The notes below the pieces were generated by a model, which worked only from the letters and a program-made list of their open reading frames with translations, was not told the DNA's origin and made no database searches. This document shows positions 1-12,131 of a stretch of 64,000 nucleotides of DNA, piece by piece (the stretch's first letter is position 1; every line of letters starts with the position of its first letter). The stretch covers positions 3,410,001 through 3,474,000 of the forward strand of contig NC_089435.1 in NCBI RefSeq assembly GCF_026210795.1, written 5' to 3'. Made by a program: the position numbers and the translations under genes. Origin of the DNA: Rhizophagus irregularis (lineage: Eukaryota).

Positions 1-1065
1 CTAACATAAGTTGTAGTAAATTTTTAATGATATAAAGTAAAACATTTTTATTATATTGATTTATATATACAGTAAATCATCAAGATGATATTAAAGCGGC
101 TGCCATACTTCTTTCGTATATTATGTATCAACTTTTCTATAAATATAATGTATGAAGTATTGTTAATGCTGTAATTCAAGTGACTTCTTTTCAGGAAATA
201 TTTGAAGTTGAGGTCCTGAATAATGTAAAAAAGATTATGTAAATAAAGAAAGACACTAACCTTTTCCAGAAGCTTATAATTAAATTAAAACTTTCTGCTG
301 ATGCACTAGGCCAAAAATCTTTGAGAAAAACAGTCGAGTAAAAAATTCTCTACCACTCTTAATGAATATAGAAAAGTCATATTACACGCGAAAAGTGTTT
401 AACGACAACGAAACAAGATCTTCTATTAACAATTTTTTTTGAAATATTTAAATTTTTTCAAAACATAAGACGTATTGAAACAATAGAATTTTCATTAAAA
501 TGCCATGAAGAATTGTATGTAAACTATATCGAAAAGATGTTGAAACTATAGGAAGACAAATTCAACTGCTCCATGAGGCGTAGCAAAAAAACAAAAGGAT
601 AATAACATATGACCTTGGCAGTTTCATTGGACTGAAGTAATAATTATAATAATTATAAATTAAAAAATTTTTTATTCCATTTTTTTTTCTTGTAATTTGA
701 CTATGCAATAAATAAAATGAGATTTTATAAAACTCGTTGCTTCGCACCGAGAGACTTTTTTATATAAAACAATCCAAGTGTGGCGGTATGAGTGAAAATT
801 CGTAGTTACCGTTTTTCTGCAATGTTTATTTAGTTTTTGAAGCAATAAGGTGTAGAATAGTTCGACAGGTTACTATATTTAGATTCTTATAAATAGCAGA
901 TCATTTTGATCTTATGAAAATAGAAAGAAATTTTAGGATAAATATTTAACCTTTATTTAATATTATTAAACCAAGCATATTATTGTATTTATTTATATTG
1001 TTAATAAAGTATGATTTTGTTAATATCTAAGGTGGCAAACGTGACTTATCACGGGCTTAGGTATT

Positions 1066-1260
1066 ACACCGTATTTGTCGGTGACCTGTCGGCGAGACGT
1101 GCGGTAAAACGTTTGTAGGTGAAATGATTGTCAGAAAAGTAATTTGATAAAATGGCCATTCAGTAAAATGGCCATTCAGCGAAATGGCACTTCAGTGAAA
1201 CATCCCTCTGTAGGAATTGCTTCGGCAAAATGAGTTTCTGTGAAATGGGCTTCAGTGAAA
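1066..1260. repeat. Dispersed TE-derived repeat made of short subrepeats (GAAATG/TTGTCGG-type)
   Basis: Arrayed units such as AAATGGCCATTCAG and TTTGTCGGTGACC. Related sequence recurs in inverted orientation at ~2955-3040 and 13268-13332 (shared GAAACATCCCT). Confidence 0.5.
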
Positions 1261-2070
1261 AGCAGAAAAACATTGCTCTACACTTTTCAGTCTTTTTCAT
1301 CATTGTTTATTCACAGTTCATTTCCTTAATCGTAAAGTATCACAAAAATAAGTGCAATCATGATCTACGAATTAACCCATATCAGATATCCTATTATCAT
1401 TCAGTAACCAATTAAATTATCCTTTAATTTAATTTCATGATCTACAAATTAACAGTTAACCACCTGATATCTAATCCTTTCTTCATCTGATTCATAGTTT
1501 TAATGTCATTGCGGACCAATTAAAATACAATTTTAAACTACTGAAAAATTTATATACTAATTTTAAATATATAATACTGCGCCTCACAATTAATAAATTT
1601 ACTAGGCAAGTTACGGCATTACAACGGTGTGAATATCTGTCAGATATCCCGATTTTCTCATTTTTACTGTAGTACATATAATTCTGTTTATCATTTTATA
1701 GCAAAATAATTTACATATTTCTTTAAAAATCGGCAAAACAAACGTGAAACATAGCTGATAATTTGAAAAGTTCCTTATTGTATTTTTTCGAATTAATTCG
1801 TGATTCAAAATAAATACTAAGAATAATTTACTATTATTTCTTATTAATAAATGAAATCCAAAAGTGTATAAGGAGTTTCAGTAATAAGGGGTAAAGACCG
1901 AGTTCTAATAACTTTTATTGTTAATTATGGTTGTTCCAATGTAGATATAAAACGGGTCTCGATTTTTTTTTAACTTTTAAACGGAACGTTCTCTTTTGCA
2001 TCTTTGATTTTTCCATAACGATTAATTCTTCTAACAACAAATTCCTTCATAATAATTATACAATTTCACT

Positions 2071-2262
2071 ATGAATCCGAGACATTTAATTTCATTTATT
2101 TATCTCACTCTTCTCATTTTTTGTATTATACATATTAAAACAGCTCTCGCTCTTTGTAATCCAGAATGTAAGCCAAATGAAAAATGTTGTTGTTTGTATC
2201 CTCCTAACTCTCCTAACTACATATCTCTTTGCCATTGTGCCAAAAAATGCGATTCTGATTAA
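2071..2262 (+). CDS. Small secreted cysteine-rich peptide (candidate effector/antimicrobial, knottin-like)
   Basis: Single-exon 63-aa ORF with ATG and a hydrophobic signal peptide ending ALA. Predicted mature 36-aa peptide has 8 Cys (C-x3-C-x5-CCC-x12-C-x-C-x3-C). TATA-like TATAAAA ~125 bp upstream. Confidence 0.8.
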   Translation: MNPRHLISFIYLTLLIFCIIHIKTALALCNPECKPNEKCCCLYPPNSPNYISLCHCAKKCDSD

Positions 2263-2954
2263 TTTATATTATTCTTCATGTCATTATGTTATAAATATAT
2301 ATTATTATCATCATCATTATTTCTTTTTCCTATTTATTAAAGTCATTCCTGTTTATTAAAGTTATTATTTCTTCTTATTATTTATTAAAAATGGTCGATT
2401 TTTTTTTAATAATTCTATACAGCTTGGCTTGCGTAGTTAAAACTGTATAATTTATAATTAAATAAACTAGTTTTTGTAAGCTGGGTAATTACACATCTTG
2501 TAACATAATAAAAATGGAATAATGGATTTATTTATAAAATAAATATTATAACACACTTTATTTACAATAAAAAATTATTTTATTGTATATTTCGTAAAAG
2601 TATGATCAATATAAAATAAATGTTTAATTAAGTAATTATTAGCTATTGAGAAAACTAGTATTAAAATTTAAAATCACGAAAAATTGATAGTTCACGCACG
2701 ATTCAAAAATAAACATTTTAAATATTTTAATTAGTAATCCGTTTAAGAGCTTTGAGTTATAAAGTCATATATGAATTTATTATAAAAGAATCTGATTTTA
2801 TAATAAAAAGATAGATTTCACTTTCTTTATTATATAATATATATTTGGACATACTGTATTTAAATATTTTTAAGGAATACATACAAAACTATAGTAAATG
2901 CCACGTATTTTCATTTCAATGCCTATAAAAAGCGTTATAAATCCATAAAAGACC

Positions 2955-3040
2955 TGGCCGACAATTGCTTTACCGACAAACGTCCTTTAATGACAGGGTC
3001 ACCGACAAACGTTTCACTGAAAGTCATTTCACCAACAGTT
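2955..3040 (-). repeat. Inverted partial copy of the 1066-1260 repeat family
   Basis: GGTCACCGACAAA is the reverse complement of TTTGTCGGTGACC at ~1075; repeated CCGACAA units. Confidence 0.45.
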
Positions 3041-3802
3041 TATTTGGATAAAATTTCTTAAAGATTAAGACATATACAATGATATTATGTGAACACGACT
3101 TCCATAGAATTTGACTAGAAGGACCTGAGTATTTTGCCATTAATATAATAATGAAAAGTAGTGAAAATTTTCAAAAATACAATTAATAAAATTTCTTACT
3201 TATGTAAGTTAAGAATGTATATTAAAATAATTTTAAATGAAGCGGGACGTCGTAATGAATATTGTATTAGTTCATTGAAATTATTGCATAATAAATATTC
3301 AACGGTGACAAATTAAGAGTTCATGTTTAAAGGGGAGTTAGGATTATAAAATGTAAAATATATGGACATTCGAATTTACTGTATCGCAAATTTGAGGAAA
3401 TAATTCCGAAAAATTAGTTTATTTTTATCGAGATCTTTTATTAAAGAAATTGTAGCAAAAGATAAAGTTTCGAATTATTTGATGCAAGATTTCACACATG
3501 TAAGAAATCGATGCAAACTATTATACACTTTATATAGTTTGTAGCATTCCCAAGAGTCCGGTGACTATAATCAGCCTATCAATTTCTGTATTATGGTAAA
3601 GCACATGATTCATTCATAAATATAAAAAGAGCGGTGGCTTAGCAATCTAGGCCTAAAGAATGTTGTAATGAAGTTCAAAAAAGTAAAACTATGGATTTCC
3701 CATAAAATTATTATATCTTATTCTCGTCTCAAAACACTAAGGTACCAGATATGTGAAACGTTTCCCTTTGGATATAACACTTAGGAATATTTATATTTGA
3801 TA

Positions 3803-4740
3803 TGGGCCGGTGCAAAAAGATTGGTACCTCACCCGATAAGGAAAGGATTTACACCAAGAAAAATACCGTAAGACTAAAACAAGATGGGCTGAAAAAATAT
3901 ATATATTACAATGACTTCGTATAAACATTTTTACTAATATTTTTTTACCCTACCATGGATAGTTTCTCTACAAAATGAAGCAATGCACCACTAACCGATA
4001 ACGAAAAGTTGATGATAATTAATATTTTTTGGGGGCTAACTCTAAAAAGGAGGATCATCATCAGGTCAAACATTACGCAAGCGTGTTGCTGAGGTGTTTG
4101 GGCAGGGGAAAGTACAGTTGGAAGGGTGGTTTCAAACCGGAAAAGCCATAGAGACGATACTTTTACACCACACAAAATGCTTGGATGTCCTAAATTACAA
4201 TTGAATGGTTAAATTCTCATGATATTGCTTTTTCTGATGAATTAAGAAAACCAGAACTTTTAAAGCTGGTTAAAATAAACAAAGAAAAGGTTCCATTTTC
4301 TTGTGTTAACATTGCAGAACAATATGAACATGAAGTTAATTTTACCCCTCCATACCATGATTGTGAACTTCAACCTATTGAAGGTGTTTAGTCAGTTGTA
4401 AAGGGTAAAGTTGCATGCTCAAGTCCACACCCAAACCTTTTATTTGTTAGAAATTCACTTCTAAATGTATTTAAAGAAAAAATTTCTTCAAAGGTTATTG
4501 TAGGACTTCGGGGAAGAGCTTTTAAAAATGTTAAGAAATATTTTGAATCTGATGAAAATATACAATTAATTGATGAAGAATTTGACATTCTGATGAGGAT
4601 CACATGACATGACGTGATATTTATATCGTATCTTTCCAAATACATACTGATAATATTAAATAAATAAAAAAAAATATTTACATAATAAAATTTTTTTTAT
4701 CGATGCAATGTTTAGGTACCAATCTTTTTGCACCGGCCCA
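3803..4740 (+). mobile_element. Internally deleted Tc1/mariner-IS630 superfamily DNA transposon
   Basis: Perfect 27-bp TIRs TGGGCCGGTGCAAAAAGATTGGTACCT (3803-3829 / 4714-4740) with TA on both flanks. Decayed transposase with an FTPPYH-(D)-CELQPIEGV* motif at ~4340-4390. Confidence 0.9.
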
Positions 4741-4835
4741 TAGATTGTATTTGAAAATGATATATACAAAAATCAGTTTTGGAAGCCAGTTCACTGAAAT
4801 ATTCTAGGGGACGACATTTTCACATAATAATACCA

Positions 4836-5140
4836 ATGGCTTCACCGTTTCTATTACCAGAGTTAATAAAGGGAATCCTAAACTATCTATCATACGAAAA
4901 TTCATTGTACAAAGTACTTACTATTAATCGAACATGGCATTTGTTTTCTACAGAAACTCTATGCGGACATTTTAAATTGTATCCAAACATATTGTCCCGT
5001 TGTGAACGCAACTGTTGGTGAAAAAAATCACATTAAACAGCGTGAATATGCAAAGCTTGTTAGGTGTATTGAACTTCATGATTTGGATGATGACAATATT
5101 AATCAACAAATTATGAAATTTCTCACAGGTTTCTTAACAA
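4836..5140 (+). pseudogene. F-box protein 5' fragment
   Basis: MASPFLLPELIKGILNYLSYENSLYKVLTINRTW matches the F-box consensus (LPxE..IL.YL....L....V/I N/C R.W). The frame closes at 5021. Confidence 0.6.
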
Positions 5141-5249
5141 GAGACAGATTACTCATGTGATAAATAAGAAAACCAGTCTGGAACTTTCCTAATATGATCG
5201 TATCGCGATTACGCCTACACTAGTTTACTAGTTTATGTGTTACAAATCA

Positions 5250-5963
5250 CCATATCTGAAACGAAAGTGAGATGACCTGATGGGTAGAAAATATTTGGAC
5301 AAAACGCGCAAGTTGAGGCAATAATCCAAGATCTCTTTTGGTGTTGGATTCCTTTTCCTCATATAAAACTGATGCTGTAAAACAACGGTTTCGTGAAAAG
5401 AAAACCAATTTGGCAGTTATTCCAGGTGGACTAACTTCTCGTTTATAACCACTTGATGTATCACTAAATAGGTCTTTTAAGGCAAAGGTGAGCTTTGTAA
5501 ACTGCTTCAAATAAACAAATTTAATTAAATTAACTTTTAAAAATTAGGTACGAAATATTTATAATCATTGGATGAATGAAGCTGTTAAAGATTACACAGC
5601 ATCTGGGAAATCAAAACTTCTTATTCACTTGTAACAAGCTGGGTAAAGTAAGCTTGGGACGCTCTTAATATTAACATGATTAGGCGGTCGTTCAAGTGTT
5701 GTGGCATTTCAAATTCTATGGATGGAACAGAAGATGCTTTAATATTTGATTTTGATAAATTAAAAAATAGGGTAAATAGAGAAAACTCCGGAAGAGAAGT
5801 TGAAGATGGAGACAATAATAAAGAAAATGAAAATGAAATAAAAGAAAGTGACGAAAGTGAAATAGCGGACAGCAATGAAAGTGAAATAGAAGATAGCGAA
5901 TTAGAAGAAGATTATTATAAAGAGAATAAAGAACAAACTGTGATTTATGACTGGAGTCAATAG
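5250..5963 (+). mobile_element. pogo/Tigger-type (DDE_1) transposase remnant
   Basis: + strand reads SLLVLDSFSSYKT...LAVIPGGLTSRL*PLDVSLNRSFK, then IRRSFKCCGISNSMDGTED and an acidic tail. In-frame stops present. Confidence 0.85.
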
Positions 5964-6599
5964 TTTCAACCCATACCAATTACTATAAATCTCACATATG
6001 CGTATTGTTTTGATAATAAATAATGATAATAAAGTTATAGCTTATGATGGAAAAAGTTTTTTTTGCCTGCATGATTTATTGGTTAAATTAAGTATTTTTT
6101 AAAAATCTGATAAATTTACAAATCTGATAAAATACCCGAGTATAATATTATGGTTATGCAGAGTCGCAAAAATTATCTTTTTGACCTTGTACGAGGAGGA
6201 GTAGGGTCAAAAAAGGTAATTTTTGCCGCAGAGTCAGTTTATGTTAATAAAGTCAATGATTAAAGAGTGACCAACGTGATCAATATACGTGTAATAATAT
6301 GGCGCGTAAACAATCTTACATCAGATTTTAATGATTTTCCCATGAGAAAAATTATCTATAAATCACTTTTTTAACTTTTTAGTTTTTGAAGTTTTTGAAA
6401 GTTTTTTTCCTTTCAATATTCACTTTTAATATTCATAAATACACATAAGACGTCATGCTGGCTTAGAAAATTATCATACCGGACTTTGAAAAAAAATCCA
6501 TATTAATAGGTGTCATCAAAGTATGTGCAAGTACTCGACTTGTAATTTACACGTGTATGTACTAACTATAATATGTTGAAAAAAAAGAAAAAAAAACAG

Positions 6600-8990
6600 A
6601 ATACTGGAGGAGGCTTAGGTAACACTTCAACATCAAGACTTCTGGCGAAAGCCAGTCTCTGAATGGAAAGATCTATCAACATGAGATGAATATTTTCTTC
6701 AGAATAATTCAGGAACAAGAACGATTAAAGCTTCCCACGACTCACTACAAGCAGAATTAAATGTATTAATTCAACATGGAGACAAAAGGACTAAGAAATT
6801 GAAAAAGGTGCTTTTAATTCAGGAAGAACTTAAGGTTAGTATTTTAGCTAACGTGCTACACCCTACTCCGATGGTGTGGAGAAAAAGAGTGTTTGGTCCC
6901 ATGTTGGCTATTAACCACCTTAGACGTGCACACTTTTTGCTTAACAAATTTGTGCTACACCCTGCTCCGATGGTGTGGGGAAGAAGAGCGTCTGGTCTCC
7001 TGTTGGCCATTTCACCGTAACATGTAAAGTGTTCAGTCCTGGCTATTCACCACCATAGACGTGTACATTTTTTGCTTAACAAATTTGTGCTACACCCTGC
7101 TCCAATGGTGTGGGGAAGAAGAGCGTCTGGTCTCCTGTTGGCCATACATTCACCATAACATGCGCATCCTGCTCATACTAATTCAGCATTTTTTCTTTGA
7201 GGTCTACTGATTCTGGAGGAGGAATCAGCTATGCACCTTCCTCAAAGTACAAAAAAATTGTTTGCCGATCTCTTTCTTATCTAGAAATGTAAACGTCACC
7301 TACTGCCGCAAAATCCTCCTCCACCGCAATGACCCGCCAGTCCAGAAATATCATCTAATGAGCTCACATCATATGAATTATCCTTCAGCCAGATGGCAGA
7401 GAACAAAAAATGGAAATTAAGTTCTGAGAAAATTGTCGAAGATACAATGTTTAGGTATGGAATGAAGCTGAATGAAGAAAGGTATGCAATCATTTTTTTT
7501 CCTTTTATTGTATAGAGTTTGTCACAATTTGGCCTAATTCCTGCTTTTTCTATAGTCTTATATACAGTTGGATACTTGATTTGGAAGATACGTGATTGAA
7601 AAAACTTTTCACAAAGGAGGAATGGAACAAAATAAAGGCGTGCAACATAAATAAGGTTCCAAAAATTCCAGAGGATCTTGCTGAACATATGGTTTCATAT
7701 GCAGAGGTATTTATTTATTTGTCATTTTCGTCTGCGATTGATATAATAATACAATGTGTTATGATACTTTGATTCTAATTTTTCGTGAAGAATGACTTAC
7801 GAGCCCTCCAGAAAAAAGTGTTGCGATCGTGGATAAATCCAGATGATGAATATGATCCCGTAAAGCACGGAGATTTTCAATACATTCATACAGTTTATGA
7901 ACGATTGTAAATTATCAATACTTTATCAATGCCATTTAGAGGTGGCAAAGAATCACTAACATGAAATCTCTCAAATTCCATATTTTAATTATCTCAAATC
8001 AATTGTGTAATTTCCAACAGGTGCACATTCTATGAACGAAATTCTTCTCCTCTTGAAAGAGATATGCTAGAAAACTGGTACAATATCAACATATGGTCAA
8101 TAATTTTTGATCGCTGTTTTGAACAGCTGGAGGTTGTCACTTGCATTAGGTAAGCGAGCATAGTTGTTTGTGCTTCTACTAGGCTCCTTGATAACTGATG
8201 AACTGCATTCTTCCTACTTAGGGGAGAGTCGAGCTCGATTGCAAGCTCTGAAAAAAAAGGATCGAAATTTGGATAAGAGGAAGGAAATGGGTCGAAGGAA
8301 TGATGGAACGATTTGCGAACGCAATGGAAGGTGTAAATTCAGATTGGTTGAGGCTGCGAAAAAGTTTGAGGAAAATTCAACAAAATGGTTAAAAGAATCA
8401 TTCAAAACTCCTAAAATTATGCATGACATGCTTGTTCAACTGATGAGTGTGGTTAAGAACGATGACAGAGCTAAAAAACTGCAAACTGTTGGATGGTTAC
8501 ATTTTGGTAAGCATCCTTTGATTTGTGTGGTTGAGAATAACACTAATCAGTTCTGTAACATAAAAAAAAAAAAATTTTTTTGAAGGTTTATACGCACAAA
8601 CACTTGAGATGGACTGCGCGAATGGCTACGTCTGTCGTCTCATCCGCTGGGAATTGCGTAAGGTTGGAAAAGGGTTGGGACCGGGATGGGATTGCTGACA
8701 CGTTGGTTTTGTTGACTGCAGTTTTGCAAACTAGGGTATTCATTTTTATTAAATAAATAACATAACTTTTATGGAGTCCAACTAATTATTGATCGATCAT
8801 ATTATCCATGTAGTATATCGTACTAGCAGAAACGTACAACATAATAAAGATGCCGGAAGCTTCTGATAAGACATCGTTACTGAGAATTATTGACAAGGTT
8901 GGATCCTCCTTGCCAAAATTGTCAGACAAAGAAGTACCAACAACCGCACGTACACCCAAAAAAAAGAAGGTAGTTCTTTCTGAAATCAGT
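6600..8990 (+). pseudogene. Multi-exon pseudogene of a fungal family with a PD-(D/E)xK nuclease-like motif
   Basis: Exons read KWKLSSEKIVED, SWILDLEDT*LKKLFTKEEW (stop 7593-7595), ENWYNINIWSIIFDRCF, GRRNDGTI...VEAAKK...KTPKIMHDML. GT-AG introns lie between them. The 5' boundary is approximate. Confidence 0.55.
6853..7162 (+). repeat. Three direct copies of a ~60-nt GC-rich structured motif inside an intron
   Basis: GTGCTACACCCT(A/G)CTCC(G/A)ATGGTGTGG... starts at 6853, 6952 and 7087, between a GT donor at 6835 and CTAAT-TCAG acceptor at 7186. Confidence 0.85.
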
Positions 8991-9554
8991 TGAGTATTTT
9001 TAGTGATATTTGTTGGACTTCATATACTACAGGAAATACATTGCCTTGTTTACACAAACCTTCTTTATTTCTTCTTTATAAGGTTTCAACTAAGAAAGAA
9101 GCAAAAGGATATCATTGTAAATATGCGCTAATGCTATGTAGCTTGTATACTTTAATTTTCTTTTTGGCAATAATAAAATATTTGGCAAAAGAGTAAAAAA
9201 TCTTACAGCTCTGTTGTTATAACGAAAAGCATTAATCAAAATCAATTTCTTTATTATTATGTAATACGAATACATTAATAAAAAGAGGCCTTCTGACTAA
9301 GTAAAAATATAATAAAGATTTTGTTTTGAAATTTTTAAACGTGTGTTTTTACAAGTGATATCGTTGACGAAGTCAACTGTTTTCGTGAAAAAAATCAAAG
9401 TATACTGCGAATACTATTGCAGAATTATCTGGATCTCACATAGGAAACATTACGAATCATATGATAAAGTGGCGTAGTTATATAGCATGATAAGCCACCC
9501 ATGTGATTCAAAAAAAAGAAATGATAATTCAGTATATGATCGCCTTATAATTCT

Positions 9555-9860
9555 TCTAGGCAGTTACTGGAGAGATAATAGGACTCATCATTGGGGACCC
9601 TCTCCTTTTGTATCTTCCATCATGACAGTAATATCCTCTATCACATTCACCATATTCATTATATCCACCGTATCCATCATCATCCAAAATCTGAATCGTC
9701 TGGCATCTCTTCATTCGTTTCTTTCACCAACTGGGGTGTGGAATCAACTTCCTTATCAAAATACACACAATCCTTCGCACAATCTTCCAAGAGCATTTTG
9801 TAGTAATCGTCCTCAGCTTCGAGTGAATTGCTTGGGCTGGCTGATATGGGCATAGTTGGT
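9555..9860 (-). pseudogene. Frameshifted 3' gene fragment with an acidic, Gly/Tyr-rich tail
   Basis: Minus strand reads EDDYYKMLLEDCAKDCVYFDKE...DDSD, then after a frameshift DDDGYGGYNEYGECDRGYY...SPMMSPIISPVTA*. Confidence 0.4.
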
Positions 9861-10287
9861 GCACTTACTTCAAACTTTTTAGAGACCTCTTCTGGATTAT
9901 GTGGTAAACATTTTAATAAATGGTGGTCCCCGTACCACCAAAATCTGACACTAACCAGGAGATCATTTTGACTTTAAATATGAAAGAATCAGAAATCAAT
10001 CAGGCATTTACCAGCCTGAGTTTTGATATCTGATTGATACCTAATTTGACATCATTCGACCTGTGAGTTCTCATCAATGCTAGATTTGTTCTATTGATGG
10101 CTGGTGATGTTTCTGGAGTGAACAATTCATGTTTAAGCTTATCTAACACCTTACCTTTCTTATGTTCTATTTCATTTTGTTACATATCTTGCCAGTTTCA
10201 TCTTGGCTTTCCTCTAGGCTCTACCTATACTTCTACCTATACCTCTACCTCTACCTATATCTATGTCTATATATCTATATCATAGTA

Positions 10288-10463
10288 CAATTAACACTCA
10301 ATAAATACACCCCCTTTGAGACTGGATAAAAGCGTGCGATTACAAAAGGTGTGCATTTATAAAGAGTAAATAATTAGAGGTCATATATAATTGGGACTGA
10401 ATCAAAGTGTGCATTTAAGAAGGGAGTGCACTTATAAGTAGTGCATTTATAGAGAGTTGACTG
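10288..10463. mobile_element. TA-flanked pogo/Tigger-like MITE
   Basis: Imperfect 23-bp TIRs (CAATTAACACTCAATAAATACAC vs reverse complement CAGTCAACTCTCTATAAATGCAC, 18/23), TA on both sides, internal GTGCATTTA repeats. Confidence 0.65.
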
Positions 10464-10898
10464 TATTAGTATTAGTATCAGATAAAGGTATATAAAAATG
10501 GCCGGACAAATGCCATAATGAAAAGGAACCCAGAGATGTCTGTAGGGATCATCTTACCACCGGCTATATATTTATGGTAACACAGGTAGTGACATATTAT
10601 GCAAGTGACAAATAGACTAAGTCGCTAAAATAAATATAAACAACGTGAACGAGGCAGTCACGTGAACGACAAAATGCAGTTTCAAGTAATTCGAAAACGG
10701 TGATAAAACAAATTAATTAAATTTATTAAATTATATTATTATATATTTTTAAGTCAACAAATTAATTAAATTAATTATGTTACATTATTATCTATTTTAA
10801 GTCCAAAAATAAAAAATTAATCTATCTATAACCTTTAGTTATTATCATCTCTGTCAACTCCGTTAACTCCCTTAGTACCTTTAACTTCTTTAGTACCT

Positions 10899-12131
10899 TT
10901 AACTCCCTCCCTCAGTACCATTAACTCCCTTAGTACCATCAATACCGTTAACTCTCATAATTCCCTCATAATTGAAATTTGGATCATAATAGATATAAGG
11001 ATCAGTTGAGTAATCGTAAGTTTCAACATTGAAATTTAAATTTACATTAGCATCTCTCATATTAACACCATAATAGGGACCCGAATGATACTTTAGGCCT
11101 AACTCAGTTAAAGGTATCGATTCAGAACATTTTGGATCTTCAGCATTACATTCAGTAAAGGCACTTGAATCATGATCAGGATTATCTATATATAATTCTT
11201 CACCAAAATGTTTATAGGACCCAATAAATGGAATTGTCCATGATGTAGGTAAACGAGGAACTAAATCACCACGAACTATAGATCTTATTGCTATTAGGTT
11301 TTCATCAACATATTTAGCAAAGGTTTCATCACCCGTTCTTGGTTGACCAAATGTAGCAAGAAACACTTTTTCATTTCTTTTAGCTAATTCTGGCACCTTT
11401 TGTATAAGATCTAATGCCGATAATGTAGCAAGTGCTATGATAAAAAAAAAAGACTGTTAAAAAGTTGTAATTAAATATGTAATTTTTTTAATTTATTGAA
11501 CTTACCGCCACCTAAACTGTGACCCATAAATCCGATATTGAAATCGGGCTTTTCTTTGATTAATTTTATAAGATCATCGGTAACTTTGGGTTGAATTTGT
11601 TCCCAAGCATTAAGAAATCCATGGTGTACCGAGGCACCAGGTACAGGAGTATATTCGTCTTGATAAATGACAAAGTCAGAAATGTAATTTCTAACACTTC
11701 CTGGTACAGTTCCTCTATATGATACGATGATTAATTTTTTTTCTGGTTCCATGGCTATGTAACCTACATATTTATTATTTTGTTAATAAACGCAAAAAGT
11801 TAACGTGTGTGGCACAGTAATAATATAAAATACCCCTTGTGTTAAGCACATCGTTTTTAAAGTCTGTAACAAATTGGGTACCCTTAGTTGCAAGACAGAT
11901 GTCTCCACAGTCCCAATTATTAAGAGGAGCCTTAATATAAGCAGCAGCAGCGTAATTAGCAAAGCTCTTTAAATTAGGGGCTGATGTAATGGGACCAAGA
12001 GCATTAGATACTGGAGCAGCTTCGATTAATACTGATAAAAAGATTAAAGAGATTAAAGAAATTAACTTGAAGGATAATATGTGTTTGATAGGAGTTGCTT
12101 TGCAACTTGAGGAAATAATTTGCTGCTGCAT
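10899..12131 (-). CDS. Secreted class-3 lipase (Rhizomucor/Rhizopus-type alpha/beta hydrolase), 3 exons
   Basis: Exons 12131-11834, 11763-11506, 11434-10899 join in frame through two phase-1 GT-AG introns. Motifs: SYRGT, VHHGF, GHSLGGA nucleophile, TFGQPRTGD, DLVPRLP, and a late His (YHSGPYY). N-terminal hydrophobic signal segment. Confidence 0.93.

Noticed and set aside
60..810. Possible decayed coding sequence
   Set aside because: Multiple stops and no recognisable motif; cannot be assigned.
6853..7162. CRISPR-like array or coding ORFs 6799-7020 / 6819-7010
   Set aside because: The inter-repeat segments are themselves partly duplicated, and the ORFs are by-products of an intronic repeat.
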